Positions 39,201 to 47,536 of a DNA stretch of 64,000 bases are shown here, piece after piece. The position numbers were made by a program, and so were the translations under genes. The notes under the pieces were generated by a model. The model made no database searches and was not told where the DNA came from. It worked only from the letters and a program-made list of their open reading frames with translations. The stretch is from Chitinophaga pinensis (GTDB lineage: Bacteria > Bacteroidota > Bacteroidia > UKL13-3): the NCBI GenBank assembly GCA_945870425.1, contig CAMBSD010000006.1, positions 69,735-133,734 of the forward strand, written 5' to 3'. The stretch's first letter is position 1, and each line of letters starts with the position of its first letter.

Positions 39201-39327
39201 TGTAGCATACTTAACGAAAGTTCGTAATGTGGATGATGCTATTGCAGGCAATCATGCTGCTGCTCATAGTAAAGAAGAAAAACACGAAGAGAAAAAAGAA
39301 GAAACTGCAGTTGAACACCATTCATAG
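36232..39327 (+). CDS. actB: alternative complex III subunit ActB (molybdopterin-oxidoreductase-like plus 4Fe-4S ferredoxin domains)
   Basis: 1031 aa with a twin-arginine signal (STRRDFLKYFG). Cys clusters (CTGCGACVVSC, CQHCGHAPCETVCP, CVGTRYCANNCP) are typical of the PsrB-like Fe-S domain. Confidence 0.8.
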   Translation: MENNNKYWKGLEELNNDAAFAARKKNEFAEGIPLEEVLSESDGDLSSTRRDFLKYFGFSISAVALAACNTTPVKNAIPYIVKPENITPGIPNWYATTCGACASGCSILVKTREGRPVKIEGSDNANAFNKGGVCATGHASLLGLYDNERLRMPKSGNADATWDAVDKDIKGALASAKNIRLITSTINSPTTKKAIAEFTAKYPSTKTITYEAVSYNGLIEANKQAFGKAVVPSYKFDKAKVIVSFGADFLGTWISPVEFTKQWVANRKAENKTMSRHIQFESNLSLTGSNADMRFPIRPSAEGVVLISLYNKIAALAGAPTLATAGNIELALNAIELTAKELYNAKGNSIVVSGSNNIDNQLLVAAINSMLGNIGSTIDIDNPSNQVGGDDAAFEAFVSDMNSGKVDAVIFYNSNPAYSYYNAEKFKTGLKKVALSISTNASTDETGELCKYQTPDNHYLESWGDAEPKAGYFALTQPTISNVFTTRQAQTSLLTWTGNTTDYYTYLKQNWVGSVVASESEFNQVLHDGFVRKATAEAKSYSNAASLAGVVNPAYTSYNSAKGKTELKLYQKVAIGDGTHANNPWLQEMPDPISKVCWDNYLAIGKVTADKYKLKDGDVANVKVGNVTIEKLPVLVQPGQANDTVSLAVGYGHSKGKVAASGKNVYSFANYSNGSFGYMSADVTIEKASGDYELAQTQTHHTIEGRNLIREANLAEYIKDPKAGNHFHTHIVSLWEEHDYKGHKWGMAIDMNACTGCGACVVSCNAENNVPVVGRKEIIRGREMHWIRIDRYYSFKDSKGEVTTKEKELAKKGDDVNYENVRVTYQPMMCQHCGHAPCETVCPVLATVHSSEGLNQMAYNRCVGTRYCANNCPYKVRRFNWFKYRANDDFDFNMNNDLGRMVINPDVTVRSRGVMEKCSFCVQRIQAGKLKAKIENRIIKDGDIKTACQQSCPADALVFGDMNDKNSEISKLFKNERSYVLLEEYNVQPSVAYLTKVRNVDDAIAGNHAAAHSKEEKHEEKKEETAVEHHS

Positions 39328-39391
39328 AGAATAGTATAAAAGGCAATAAGTAATAATTTTAAATAGTAAGAAGAAATAATAGAGAATAATT

Positions 39392-40837
39392 ATGTCATAC
39401 GAATCACCCATTAGGGATTTATTAGTTACCGGTGGCAAATCCTACAAAGATATCACTACTGATATCACCAGACCTTTAGAAAATAAGCCTTCTAAAGCTT
39501 GGTGGATAGGCTTTGGAATTTCCTCACTTGTATTAGCTGTATGGATATTCGCCACTACCTATACCATGTTAGTTGGTTTGGGAGCTTGGGGATTAAACAA
39601 GACAGTAGGTTGGGCATTTGATATTACCAACTTCGTATTTTGGGTAGGTATTGGTCACGCTGGTACTTTGATTTCAGCAGTACTTTTATTATTCCGTCAA
39701 AAATGGCGTATGAGTATTAATCGATCTGCAGAGGCGATGACCATTTTTGCTGTAATTTGTGCGGCATCATTCATCGTATCACATATGGGTCGACCATGGG
39801 TTGCTTATTGGCCGATTCCACTGCCAAATGCTTTTGGTTCTTTATGGGTTAATTTTAACTCACCATTGGTTTGGGACGTATTCGCGATTTCAACATATTT
39901 CTCAGTTTCATTGGTATTCTGGTATGTAGGTTTGATTCCTGATATTGCTACTGTAAGAGATAGAGCTATTACTAAAGGGCGTAAGTTTTGGTATGGATTT
40001 TTTGCCATGGGTTGGACAGGTTCAACTCGTACATGGCATAGATATGAAATGATCAGTTTAATTTTAGCTGGTATTTCTACCCCACTCGTTCTATCGGTGC
40101 ACTCAATTGTATCTATGGACTTTGCTACCTCATTGGTACCAGGTTGGCATACAACTATCTTCCCTCCATATTTCGTTGCGGGTGCTATCTTCTCTGGATT
40201 TGGTATGGTGTTAACCCTTTTGGTTATTGGTCGTGAGGTTTTAAATCAAAAAGATTATATCACAATTGAACATTTAGATGCGATGTGCCGTGTAGTAATG
40301 GTAACGGGTACTATGGTTGGTATTGCATACATTACTGAGTTCTTCGTAGCTGCTTACTCTGGAGTTGAATATGAGCAATATGCTTTTATTAATAGAGCAA
40401 CTGGACCATACTGGTGGGCATATTGGACCATGATGAGTTGTAACTTAATTGCACCTCAAGTATTTTGGTTCAGATGGGCACGTACTACCCCTTGGTTTAT
40501 CTTTATCTTATCAATCATTGTAAATATTGGTATGTGGTTCGAGCGTTTTGTAATTATCGTTACATCTTTGCACCGTGATTTCTTACCTTCATCTTGGTCT
40601 ATGTATACACCAACCATTGTTGAGGTAAGTATCTTAATCGGTTCATTTGGATTATTTTTCTTCTTTTACTTCTTATTCTGCCGTTTTTTACCAACTATTA
40701 ATATGGCTGAATTGAAGAGTATTGTATTAACTCCACATGCTTTAGAACTTCAAAAGAAATATACGGATATGTTAGAAAAAGGCCCTGTTAAACAAGGTGA
40801 AAAAGTAGAGAAAGGAGAATTGACACATGGACACTAA
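39392..40837 (+). CDS. actC: alternative complex III subunit ActC (NrfD/PsrC-like quinol-interacting membrane subunit)
   Basis: 481 aa polytopic membrane protein. Overlaps actD by 11 nt. Confidence 0.78.
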   Translation: MSYESPIRDLLVTGGKSYKDITTDITRPLENKPSKAWWIGFGISSLVLAVWIFATTYTMLVGLGAWGLNKTVGWAFDITNFVFWVGIGHAGTLISAVLLLFRQKWRMSINRSAEAMTIFAVICAASFIVSHMGRPWVAYWPIPLPNAFGSLWVNFNSPLVWDVFAISTYFSVSLVFWYVGLIPDIATVRDRAITKGRKFWYGFFAMGWTGSTRTWHRYEMISLILAGISTPLVLSVHSIVSMDFATSLVPGWHTTIFPPYFVAGAIFSGFGMVLTLLVIGREVLNQKDYITIEHLDAMCRVVMVTGTMVGIAYITEFFVAAYSGVEYEQYAFINRATGPYWWAYWTMMSCNLIAPQVFWFRWARTTPWFIFILSIIVNIGMWFERFVIIVTSLHRDFLPSSWSMYTPTIVEVSILIGSFGLFFFFYFLFCRFLPTINMAELKSIVLTPHALELQKKYTDMLEKGPVKQGEKVEKGELTHGH

Positions 40838-41360
40838 TAGTAAAAAATTGATTTTAGGGATTTATGATGATCCTGACCATACTTTAGAAGCCACAAGCAA
40901 ATTGATGCATACCGGATTTAAAGTATTTGATGTTTACTCTCCATTTGCCATACACGGTTTGGATAGAGTAATGGGTGTGAAGAGAAGTAAATTATCTTTA
41001 GCTGCATTTATGTTTGCTATGACTGGTATCTGTTGTGCTTTAACCTTAATGATTTATGCTGGTTATTTCGATTGGCAAATTAACATTGGTGGTAAGCCAT
41101 TTTTACATATACCAACTTATATCCCTATCACTTTTGAGTTAGGTATTTTATTTACAGCATTTGGAATGGTGAGTTGTTTTTTTGTTGTAAACAGAATGTT
41201 TTGGGGCAAGAATGCTGATATCATGGATATACGTGTTACTGACGACAGATTCGTTGTCGCTGTAGAAGTAATCGAAGGCAAAACAAATATGGACGAGTTG
41301 AACAAGATATTAATTGCCAATGGTGCAATTGAAGTTCGTGAAAGGATGAAAGAAGAGTAA
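40827..41360 (+). CDS. actD: alternative complex III subunit ActD
   Basis: 177 aa with two TM segments. The assignment rests on its position in the operon. Confidence 0.6.
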   Translation: MDTNSKKLILGIYDDPDHTLEATSKLMHTGFKVFDVYSPFAIHGLDRVMGVKRSKLSLAAFMFAMTGICCALTLMIYAGYFDWQINIGGKPFLHIPTYIPITFELGILFTAFGMVSCFFVVNRMFWGKNADIMDIRVTDDRFVVAVEVIEGKTNMDELNKILIANGAIEVRERMKEE

Positions 41361-41402
41361 GATTGATATAAATGTGTTGCTTGTTAAGCCACACAAATTA
41401 AT

Positions 41403-42032
41403 TTGAAAGATAATATGAAAATGAAATTTATATATAGCTTATTGGTTTTATCAGGCATGGCTGTCTTGGCTTCTTGTTCAGCAGGTGGCGATAATCCTGG
41501 CTCTGAGTATGCACCAAATATGTATCACTCATTTGCTTATGAGCCATTGTCTCAGGAAGCAGATAAACCAAATACGATAAATGCAAATGGTTTGAACATG
41601 CGCGAGCCCGTTAAAGGAACAATTGCTCGTGGACAATTAGATTACGCAAAATACGAATTGCCTAAAACAGCTGAAGGTTACGAAGCATCTACTGCTTGGA
41701 AAAACCCAATGGCTGCTACTGCATACAATCTAGCTGAAGGAAAAAGATTGTATAATATCAATTGTACGCCTTGTCATGGAACTGAAGGAAAAGCTGATGG
41801 AACCATAGTGGTTGATGGAAAATACCCACCACCACCAAGCTATGATAGCGATCGTATCCGCACTACACCTGAAGGTAAAATGTTTTACTCAATTAGATAT
41901 GGTAAAAATTTAATGGGTGGATATGGTACCGTTTTAACACCTAATCAAATCTGGCAGGTAATACATTATGTAAATACATTAAAAGGTTCAGCAGTGCCAG
42001 TAGTAGCTTCTGCAGATTCAACAGCAAAATAA
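41403..42032 (+). CDS. actE: alternative complex III subunit ActE (monohaem cytochrome c lipoprotein)
   Basis: 209 aa with a lipobox (LASCSAG) and a single CTPCHG haem site. Confidence 0.7.
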   Translation: MKDNMKMKFIYSLLVLSGMAVLASCSAGGDNPGSEYAPNMYHSFAYEPLSQEADKPNTINANGLNMREPVKGTIARGQLDYAKYELPKTAEGYEASTAWKNPMAATAYNLAEGKRLYNINCTPCHGTEGKADGTIVVDGKYPPPPSYDSDRIRTTPEGKMFYSIRYGKNLMGGYGTVLTPNQIWQVIHYVNTLKGSAVPVVASADSTAK

Positions 42033-42061
42033 TATAGTTTAAGTACAGCAAATTATTCACA

Positions 42062-43369
42062 ATGGAACACTCAGAAATTACAATAAGAGAAGAAAAATAT
42101 GTCATTACAAGTGCCAATAAAAAATGGGCATTTGGATTGATGATAGTAGGTGCATTGCTTGCCTTGATTGGATTTTTAACTTATCATCCTCATGTTGAGG
42201 GATTAGGAGAACACGATTTACATCATTTGGTTACCAAAAGATTGTTGGGTAACATTTTAATCGATGGTTATTTCTTTTTCTTAATTGCTACGTGTGCTAT
42301 CATTTTTGTTACTATATCCCAATTAGCAAATGCAGGTTGGTATGTGGCCATCAGAAGAATTCCTGAAGCCATGAGCCGTTTTATGCCTTTTGGCGCATTG
42401 GTTATTATTTTGGTATCGGTTTTTGGTATTGGTTACCTTTACCATTGGGCGCATGAAGGCATTATGGATCCTAATGCTCCTAATTTTGATAAAGTTTTAG
42501 CTGGAAAAAGTTGGTACCTAAATAAACCATTTTTCTTTGTTAGACTCATTGGTTTTACTACTATTTGGATTCTATTCGCAAGAACAATTCGTAAAAATTC
42601 TATTAACGAAGATTCTGTGGGCGGTCTATTAAACTTCAATAAAAATGTTAAAACATCTGCTGCTTACTTAGTAATATTTGGATTCTCATTCGCTATGTTC
42701 ACTTGGGACATGATGATGAGTATTGATCCACATTGGTATTCTACCATTTTCTGGATTTACAACTTTGCTACAGGATGGGTAAGTGCAATCAGTATTATTT
42801 ATTTATTTACTTGGTACTTGCGTGGCAAAGGTTATTTAAACGTAGCCAATGACGACCACAACCATGATTTAGGTAAGTTCATGTTTGCCTTCTCAGTGTT
42901 CTGGACATACATGTGGGTAGCTCAGTTCTTACTGATTTGGTATGCCAACATTCCTGAAGAGGTTGAATACTACAAAAACCGTATGTTCGGAACTTATGTA
43001 GGTAACTTCTATGTAAACATCTTCTTAAACTTTATTGTGCCTTTCTTCGTGTTCATGCGCAGAGGTGCAAAACGTAATCCAATATCAGGTGTTATAGTTG
43101 CTTCTTTGATTTTGTTAGGTCACTGGAATGATGTGTATTTAATGGTTATGCCAGGCGTGATGAATTTAGCTGTTAAGCCTAATGCTGAATACCCATTAGG
43201 TATTATGGAGATTCCTAGCCAAGGTGTAGGCTTAATGGAAATTGGTTTCCTTGCCTTGTTTGCAGGTGGATTCTTATTTGTAGTTTTCAAAGCATTGGCA
43301 GCTGCTAATTTGTATCCTACTCGTCACCCATATATATACGAAAGTGCTATGCACGATACAGGTGTATAA
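42062..43369 (+). CDS. actF: alternative complex III subunit ActF (NrfD-like membrane subunit)
   Basis: 435 aa polytopic membrane protein and last gene of the cluster. Confidence 0.7.
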   Translation: MEHSEITIREEKYVITSANKKWAFGLMIVGALLALIGFLTYHPHVEGLGEHDLHHLVTKRLLGNILIDGYFFFLIATCAIIFVTISQLANAGWYVAIRRIPEAMSRFMPFGALVIILVSVFGIGYLYHWAHEGIMDPNAPNFDKVLAGKSWYLNKPFFFVRLIGFTTIWILFARTIRKNSINEDSVGGLLNFNKNVKTSAAYLVIFGFSFAMFTWDMMMSIDPHWYSTIFWIYNFATGWVSAISIIYLFTWYLRGKGYLNVANDDHNHDLGKFMFAFSVFWTYMWVAQFLLIWYANIPEEVEYYKNRMFGTYVGNFYVNIFLNFIVPFFVFMRRGAKRNPISGVIVASLILLGHWNDVYLMVMPGVMNLAVKPNAEYPLGIMEIPSQGVGLMEIGFLALFAGGFLFVVFKALAAANLYPTRHPYIYESAMHDTGV

Positions 43370-43393
43370 TTGACATCTAATTAATTTTAAAAA

Positions 43394-43424
43394 GCCTTAA
43401 GAGTCATTTCTTAGGGCTTTTTTG
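43394..43424 (+). terminator. rho-independent terminator after the act operon
   Basis: GCCTTAAGA-gtcat-TCTTAGGGC forms a 9-bp stem (one G.U pair) followed by TTTTTT. Confidence 0.6.
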
Positions 43425-43610
43425 TTAGAATTTTTATGAAACTGTATTAATTCGTGTTTTATATCTTAATTCCGTAAAAATTTTCCTCAAACCCAATTTC
43501 TTTTTTTAGCTTGCAAATTTTTCCTCCCTATTGTTGTATTTTGCCATTCGAAAATACCAAGGGCTATCACATATTTTAATGCAAAATATAATGTAAACAG
43601 TGCAAGCAGA

Positions 43611-46292
43611 TTGTTATTTGTTTTGGTAGCGTTGTGTCTTTCAAACCTAGCTTTTGCAACCCACTATAGGGCGGGAGAAATTACCTACAAGCAGATTGGT
43701 CAAAATACCTATAGGATATCTATATTTACATACACAGATCAAACCCAAGCTGCGAATCAATTTACGGAAAGTATTAAAGTGGATTTTGGTGACAACCAAG
43801 CGGCAGTGGTGCAAAGGTCGAAGGTAGAAATTATGAATAATGCTTTGTTGCCAAATGACCCAGGCTATCCGGGATTTCCCGTACAAAGAAATACCTATAT
43901 AGTAGATCATACTTACAAAGGCAACACTACTTTTACGATAAGCATCATTGATCAAAACAGGGTAGGAGGCATTGCCAATCACCCCGGAATAGAAACAGAT
44001 AGGTTCCCATTTTATGTTGAAACGGTTTTAACCTTAAATAGTGGTTTAGGTTTTAATCAGTCACCCATATTGTCTGTTCCACCCATAGACCAAGGTTGTG
44101 TAGGTCGAATATTTACGCATAACCCAGGTGCATATGACCCAGATGGAGATAGTTTGAGGTATGAAATTCGAGCTGCACAAGTTCAGCGTAATTTCCCCAT
44201 GCCCAAATATGTTACACCTTTTTCATCTAATTTTTTTAGTATTGATGAAGCTACAGGACAGTTGACTTGGGATGCACCCACCATAACGGGCATTTACAAT
44301 ATTGTAATTCGTATTTATGAATATAGGAGAAGGGTTTTGTTTGGATATGTGGATAGAGACATGCAAATTTATATTACAAATTGCAATAACAATCCTCCTA
44401 AAGTTCCGCAATTGGCGGCCACTTGTATTGATGCCAAAGAGTTGCTTCAACAAAACATCACGGTAACGGATATTGATGCTACTCAAAAGCTCACTGTATC
44501 CTATTTTGGAGGTCCCTTTTTGCAACCCAATAGTCCTGCAAGTGTATTGCCAAATATACCAAGTGGTAGTTCCCCTCTCACGTTTCAGTTCCAGTGGAGA
44601 CCCGCTTGTTCTTCTATTCGCTATCGCCCATTTGATGCCATTTTTAAGGCTGCAGATAATGGCTCACCAACCCCATTGGTGGATATGAAAAATTGGAGTA
44701 TCAAGGTGATTGGTCCAGCACCTACGAATGTAAAAACCAAGCTGGATAGCAATGGAATACTTCTTACCTGGAATCGTGACACTTGTGTGAGGGCTTCTGC
44801 TTATAAGATTTTTAGAAGGGTGGATTCTTCATATTGGAACCCTAATAAATGTGAAACAGGAGTTTCAGCTTCAGCGGGTTTTGTATTGATTGATTCATTG
44901 CCAGGGCTTAATTCGATTCAATATTTTGATAACCAAAAAGGAAAGGGATTATCACCACTTATTAGATATTGTTATAGGATTACAGCAACCTATAATCCTG
45001 CCAACGATCAAGGTGGTTTTGTTTTTAATGAAGTGGCTGAAAGTTATGCAAGCATTGAAGTTTGCAATATGATAGAAAGAACCAAGCCTATAATCACCAA
45101 TGTGAGTGTGCTGAATACACAGACTACAAACGGAAGTATTTATTTGCGTTGGTTAAAGCCCATATCAATGGATAGTATCTTATATCCACCGCCTTATCAA
45201 TATAGAATTAAACGTAGTGTAAACGGAATCGATTCATTTAATAATTTGAGCCAAGTTTTTACTTATAACTCTTTTAAAGATTTGTCTGATACAAGTATTA
45301 TTGACAGCAATATCAATACAATCGCAGACCAGTTCTATTATAAGGTGGAGATATACTATTCAAAAAATGGAGGCTTTAAATTTGTGGAGGAGAGTATTTA
45401 TGCAGCATCAATTAAAGCAATTGTTTACAATACTGACAGACGTATAAAGATAAGCTGGACAGTGGATGTGCCATGGGTAAATCAACAATACACCCTTTAT
45501 AGAAAGCTTCCTCTATCATCTACTTTTGATTCATTAATTACTACAGAAAAATTAAGTTATACTGATTTGAATTTGATAAATGGTCAAGAGTATTGTTATT
45601 ATGTGAAGAGCACGGGTAGTTATAACCAAATTTATCTTCCTCAAATACTGATTAACAATTCTCAAATTATTTGCGGTGTTCCTATAGATACAGTTCCTCC
45701 ATGTCCGCCACCCATAGCTTTGGTTTCACCATGTGATAATCCAAGTATTTCATCCGTTGTTATTAATTGGCAATTTCCAATTGATTGCGGAAGCGATATT
45801 AAGAACTTCAAATTATACTATGCCGAAACAAACAAATCTACTTTGGTTTTAATTGCAGATAATATTGATAAAAATGTTAGAACCTATACAGATACAAGTG
45901 AACGTGTGAGGTTATCAATTGCTGGTTGCTATGTGTTAACAGCACTTGACACCAATGGGAACGAGAGCACAAAATTGAACAAACTTTGTATAGACAATTG
46001 TCCATCTTACACCCTTCCTAATGTTTTTAGCCCTGGTTCAGACAATGTTAATGATTTGTTTAGGCCTTTCCCTTATCGCTTTGTTGATAAGGTTGATATG
46101 GTTATTTATAACAGATGGGGGCAAGAGGTTTTCATCACAACAAACCCTGATGTAAATTGGAACGGCAAAGACCAAAATTCAGGAAAAGATGTGAGTGGTG
46201 GGGTTTATTTTTATATTTGTGATGTGTTTGAAAGGTACTTAGATGGTACAAGAAAACGCAGTATTCACGGTTCAATAACAATTTTAAGATAA
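43611..46292 (+). CDS. large secreted protein with a T9SS type B (gliding-motility-associated, CHU_C-like) C-terminal sorting domain
   Basis: TTG start followed by a signal peptide (LFVLVALCLSNLAFA). The C-terminus (PNVFSPGSDNVNDLF...VIYNRWGQEVF...NWNGKD...GGVYFYIC) matches the type B CTD consensus. Confidence 0.6.
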   Translation: MLFVLVALCLSNLAFATHYRAGEITYKQIGQNTYRISIFTYTDQTQAANQFTESIKVDFGDNQAAVVQRSKVEIMNNALLPNDPGYPGFPVQRNTYIVDHTYKGNTTFTISIIDQNRVGGIANHPGIETDRFPFYVETVLTLNSGLGFNQSPILSVPPIDQGCVGRIFTHNPGAYDPDGDSLRYEIRAAQVQRNFPMPKYVTPFSSNFFSIDEATGQLTWDAPTITGIYNIVIRIYEYRRRVLFGYVDRDMQIYITNCNNNPPKVPQLAATCIDAKELLQQNITVTDIDATQKLTVSYFGGPFLQPNSPASVLPNIPSGSSPLTFQFQWRPACSSIRYRPFDAIFKAADNGSPTPLVDMKNWSIKVIGPAPTNVKTKLDSNGILLTWNRDTCVRASAYKIFRRVDSSYWNPNKCETGVSASAGFVLIDSLPGLNSIQYFDNQKGKGLSPLIRYCYRITATYNPANDQGGFVFNEVAESYASIEVCNMIERTKPIITNVSVLNTQTTNGSIYLRWLKPISMDSILYPPPYQYRIKRSVNGIDSFNNLSQVFTYNSFKDLSDTSIIDSNINTIADQFYYKVEIYYSKNGGFKFVEESIYAASIKAIVYNTDRRIKISWTVDVPWVNQQYTLYRKLPLSSTFDSLITTEKLSYTDLNLINGQEYCYYVKSTGSYNQIYLPQILINNSQIICGVPIDTVPPCPPPIALVSPCDNPSISSVVINWQFPIDCGSDIKNFKLYYAETNKSTLVLIADNIDKNVRTYTDTSERVRLSIAGCYVLTALDTNGNESTKLNKLCIDNCPSYTLPNVFSPGSDNVNDLFRPFPYRFVDKVDMVIYNRWGQEVFITTNPDVNWNGKDQNSGKDVSGGVYFYICDVFERYLDGTRKRSIHGSITILR

Positions 46293-46297
46293 ATACA

Positions 46298-46885
46298 TTG
46301 TTTACAGGAATTATAGAAACGCAGGCAAGACTTGTTGCCAAAGAAAACGAAGGAACTAATACCCATTTTTGGTTTTCATCAAGTATTACCCATGAACTAA
46401 AGGTTGACCAAAGCGTGGCTCATAATGGGGTATGTTTAACTGTAGTAGAACTGAATGCAGATAAGTATAGAGTAACTGCCATTGAAGAAACTTTAGGTCG
46501 AACAAACTTAGTTGAATTAGAACTTGGCGATAAGGTAAACCTAGAGCGTTGCATGCCTTCACATGGCAGATTTGATGGGCATATTGTGCAAGGTCATGTG
46601 GATGATACAGCAATTTGTAATTTGGTGGAGGATGCCAATGGTAGTTGGCGATTTAGGTTTAAGTTGAATGATTCAAAACAGCAAAAATTATTAGTGCAAA
46701 AAGGTTCTGTTTGTATCAATGGGGTTAGTCTCACTGTTGTTGATTGCAAAGAGGATTGGTTTAGTGTGGCTATTATTCCTTATACCTTTGAGCATACAAA
46801 TTTTAATACATTCAAAGTGGCAACCAAGGTCAATATAGAATTTGATATTGTAGGGAAGTATATACTGAAACACCTTGATAAATAA
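46298..46885 (+). CDS. ribE: riboflavin synthase alpha subunit
   Basis: 195 aa, begins MFTGIIE, with the duplicated lumazine-binding half-domains (GVCLTV and GVSLTV repeats). Confidence 0.85.
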   Translation: MFTGIIETQARLVAKENEGTNTHFWFSSSITHELKVDQSVAHNGVCLTVVELNADKYRVTAIEETLGRTNLVELELGDKVNLERCMPSHGRFDGHIVQGHVDDTAICNLVEDANGSWRFRFKLNDSKQQKLLVQKGSVCINGVSLTVVDCKEDWFSVAIIPYTFEHTNFNTFKVATKVNIEFDIVGKYILKHLDK

Positions 46886-46897
46886 GATGTTTAAGAA

Positions 46898-47512
46898 CTA
46901 TTGAAAGATTGGCAGAATTAGAATAACTGCCACAATGATGAATATAATACCTACCAAATGATTCAATTTGGTAATCAAACTATCTGAAAGAATTCTTTTT
47001 AATTTATTGGCTGAATAACAAATTATAAATTGGTTTAGCATGATGGCTGCAATTACACTCAAAAAGTATAGTGCAACATCGTTGTTGCTAAATTTTAGTG
47101 AAGACTCAACATACGCTACAATGCCCAGCCAGGTAACAATAATTAATGGATTTACCTTGTTCAGCATAAATCCTTTGAGCACATAAAAAATAGGTTTGGT
47201 TTGGTTGGTATCGATGTTACTCTCTGCTTTTTGATGTTTTAAGTAAGTGGTTACACCCATAATCACTAAGGCAATACTGCCAACTATGCGAATTTCATTT
47301 TCAAGTTTTTGCAATTCATGTGACACAAAACTGGTGGCAAAAAGGCAAATGAAAATATAGAAAATATCGCTAAGTAAAGTGCCTAATGCTACTAGTAAAC
47401 CCTGCTTTACTCCTCTGTTTATACTGGTTTGAATCAGCGCAAAAAAACCTGCACCAAAAGACATGGTGAGTATGGTTCCTGTAAATACTCCTTTTGAAAT
47501 AGTTTCTATCAA
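46898..47512 (-). CDS. LysE/RhtB-family amino-acid exporter
   Basis: 204 aa with six TM segments and an N-terminal GxxxG-rich helix typical of the LysE family. Confidence 0.6.
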   Translation of the reverse strand: MIETISKGVFTGTILTMSFGAGFFALIQTSINRGVKQGLLVALGTLLSDIFYIFICLFATSFVSHELQKLENEIRIVGSIALVIMGVTTYLKHQKAESNIDTNQTKPIFYVLKGFMLNKVNPLIIVTWLGIVAYVESSLKFSNNDVALYFLSVIAAIMLNQFIICYSANKLKRILSDSLITKLNHLVGIIFIIVAVILILPIFQ

Positions 47513-47536
47513 AGTTCTTATTAAAATGAATTATAC

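Noticed and set aside
46293-46297. FMN riboswitch upstream of ribE
   Set aside because: Only 5 bp separate ribE from the preceding gene, so there is no room for an aptamer.
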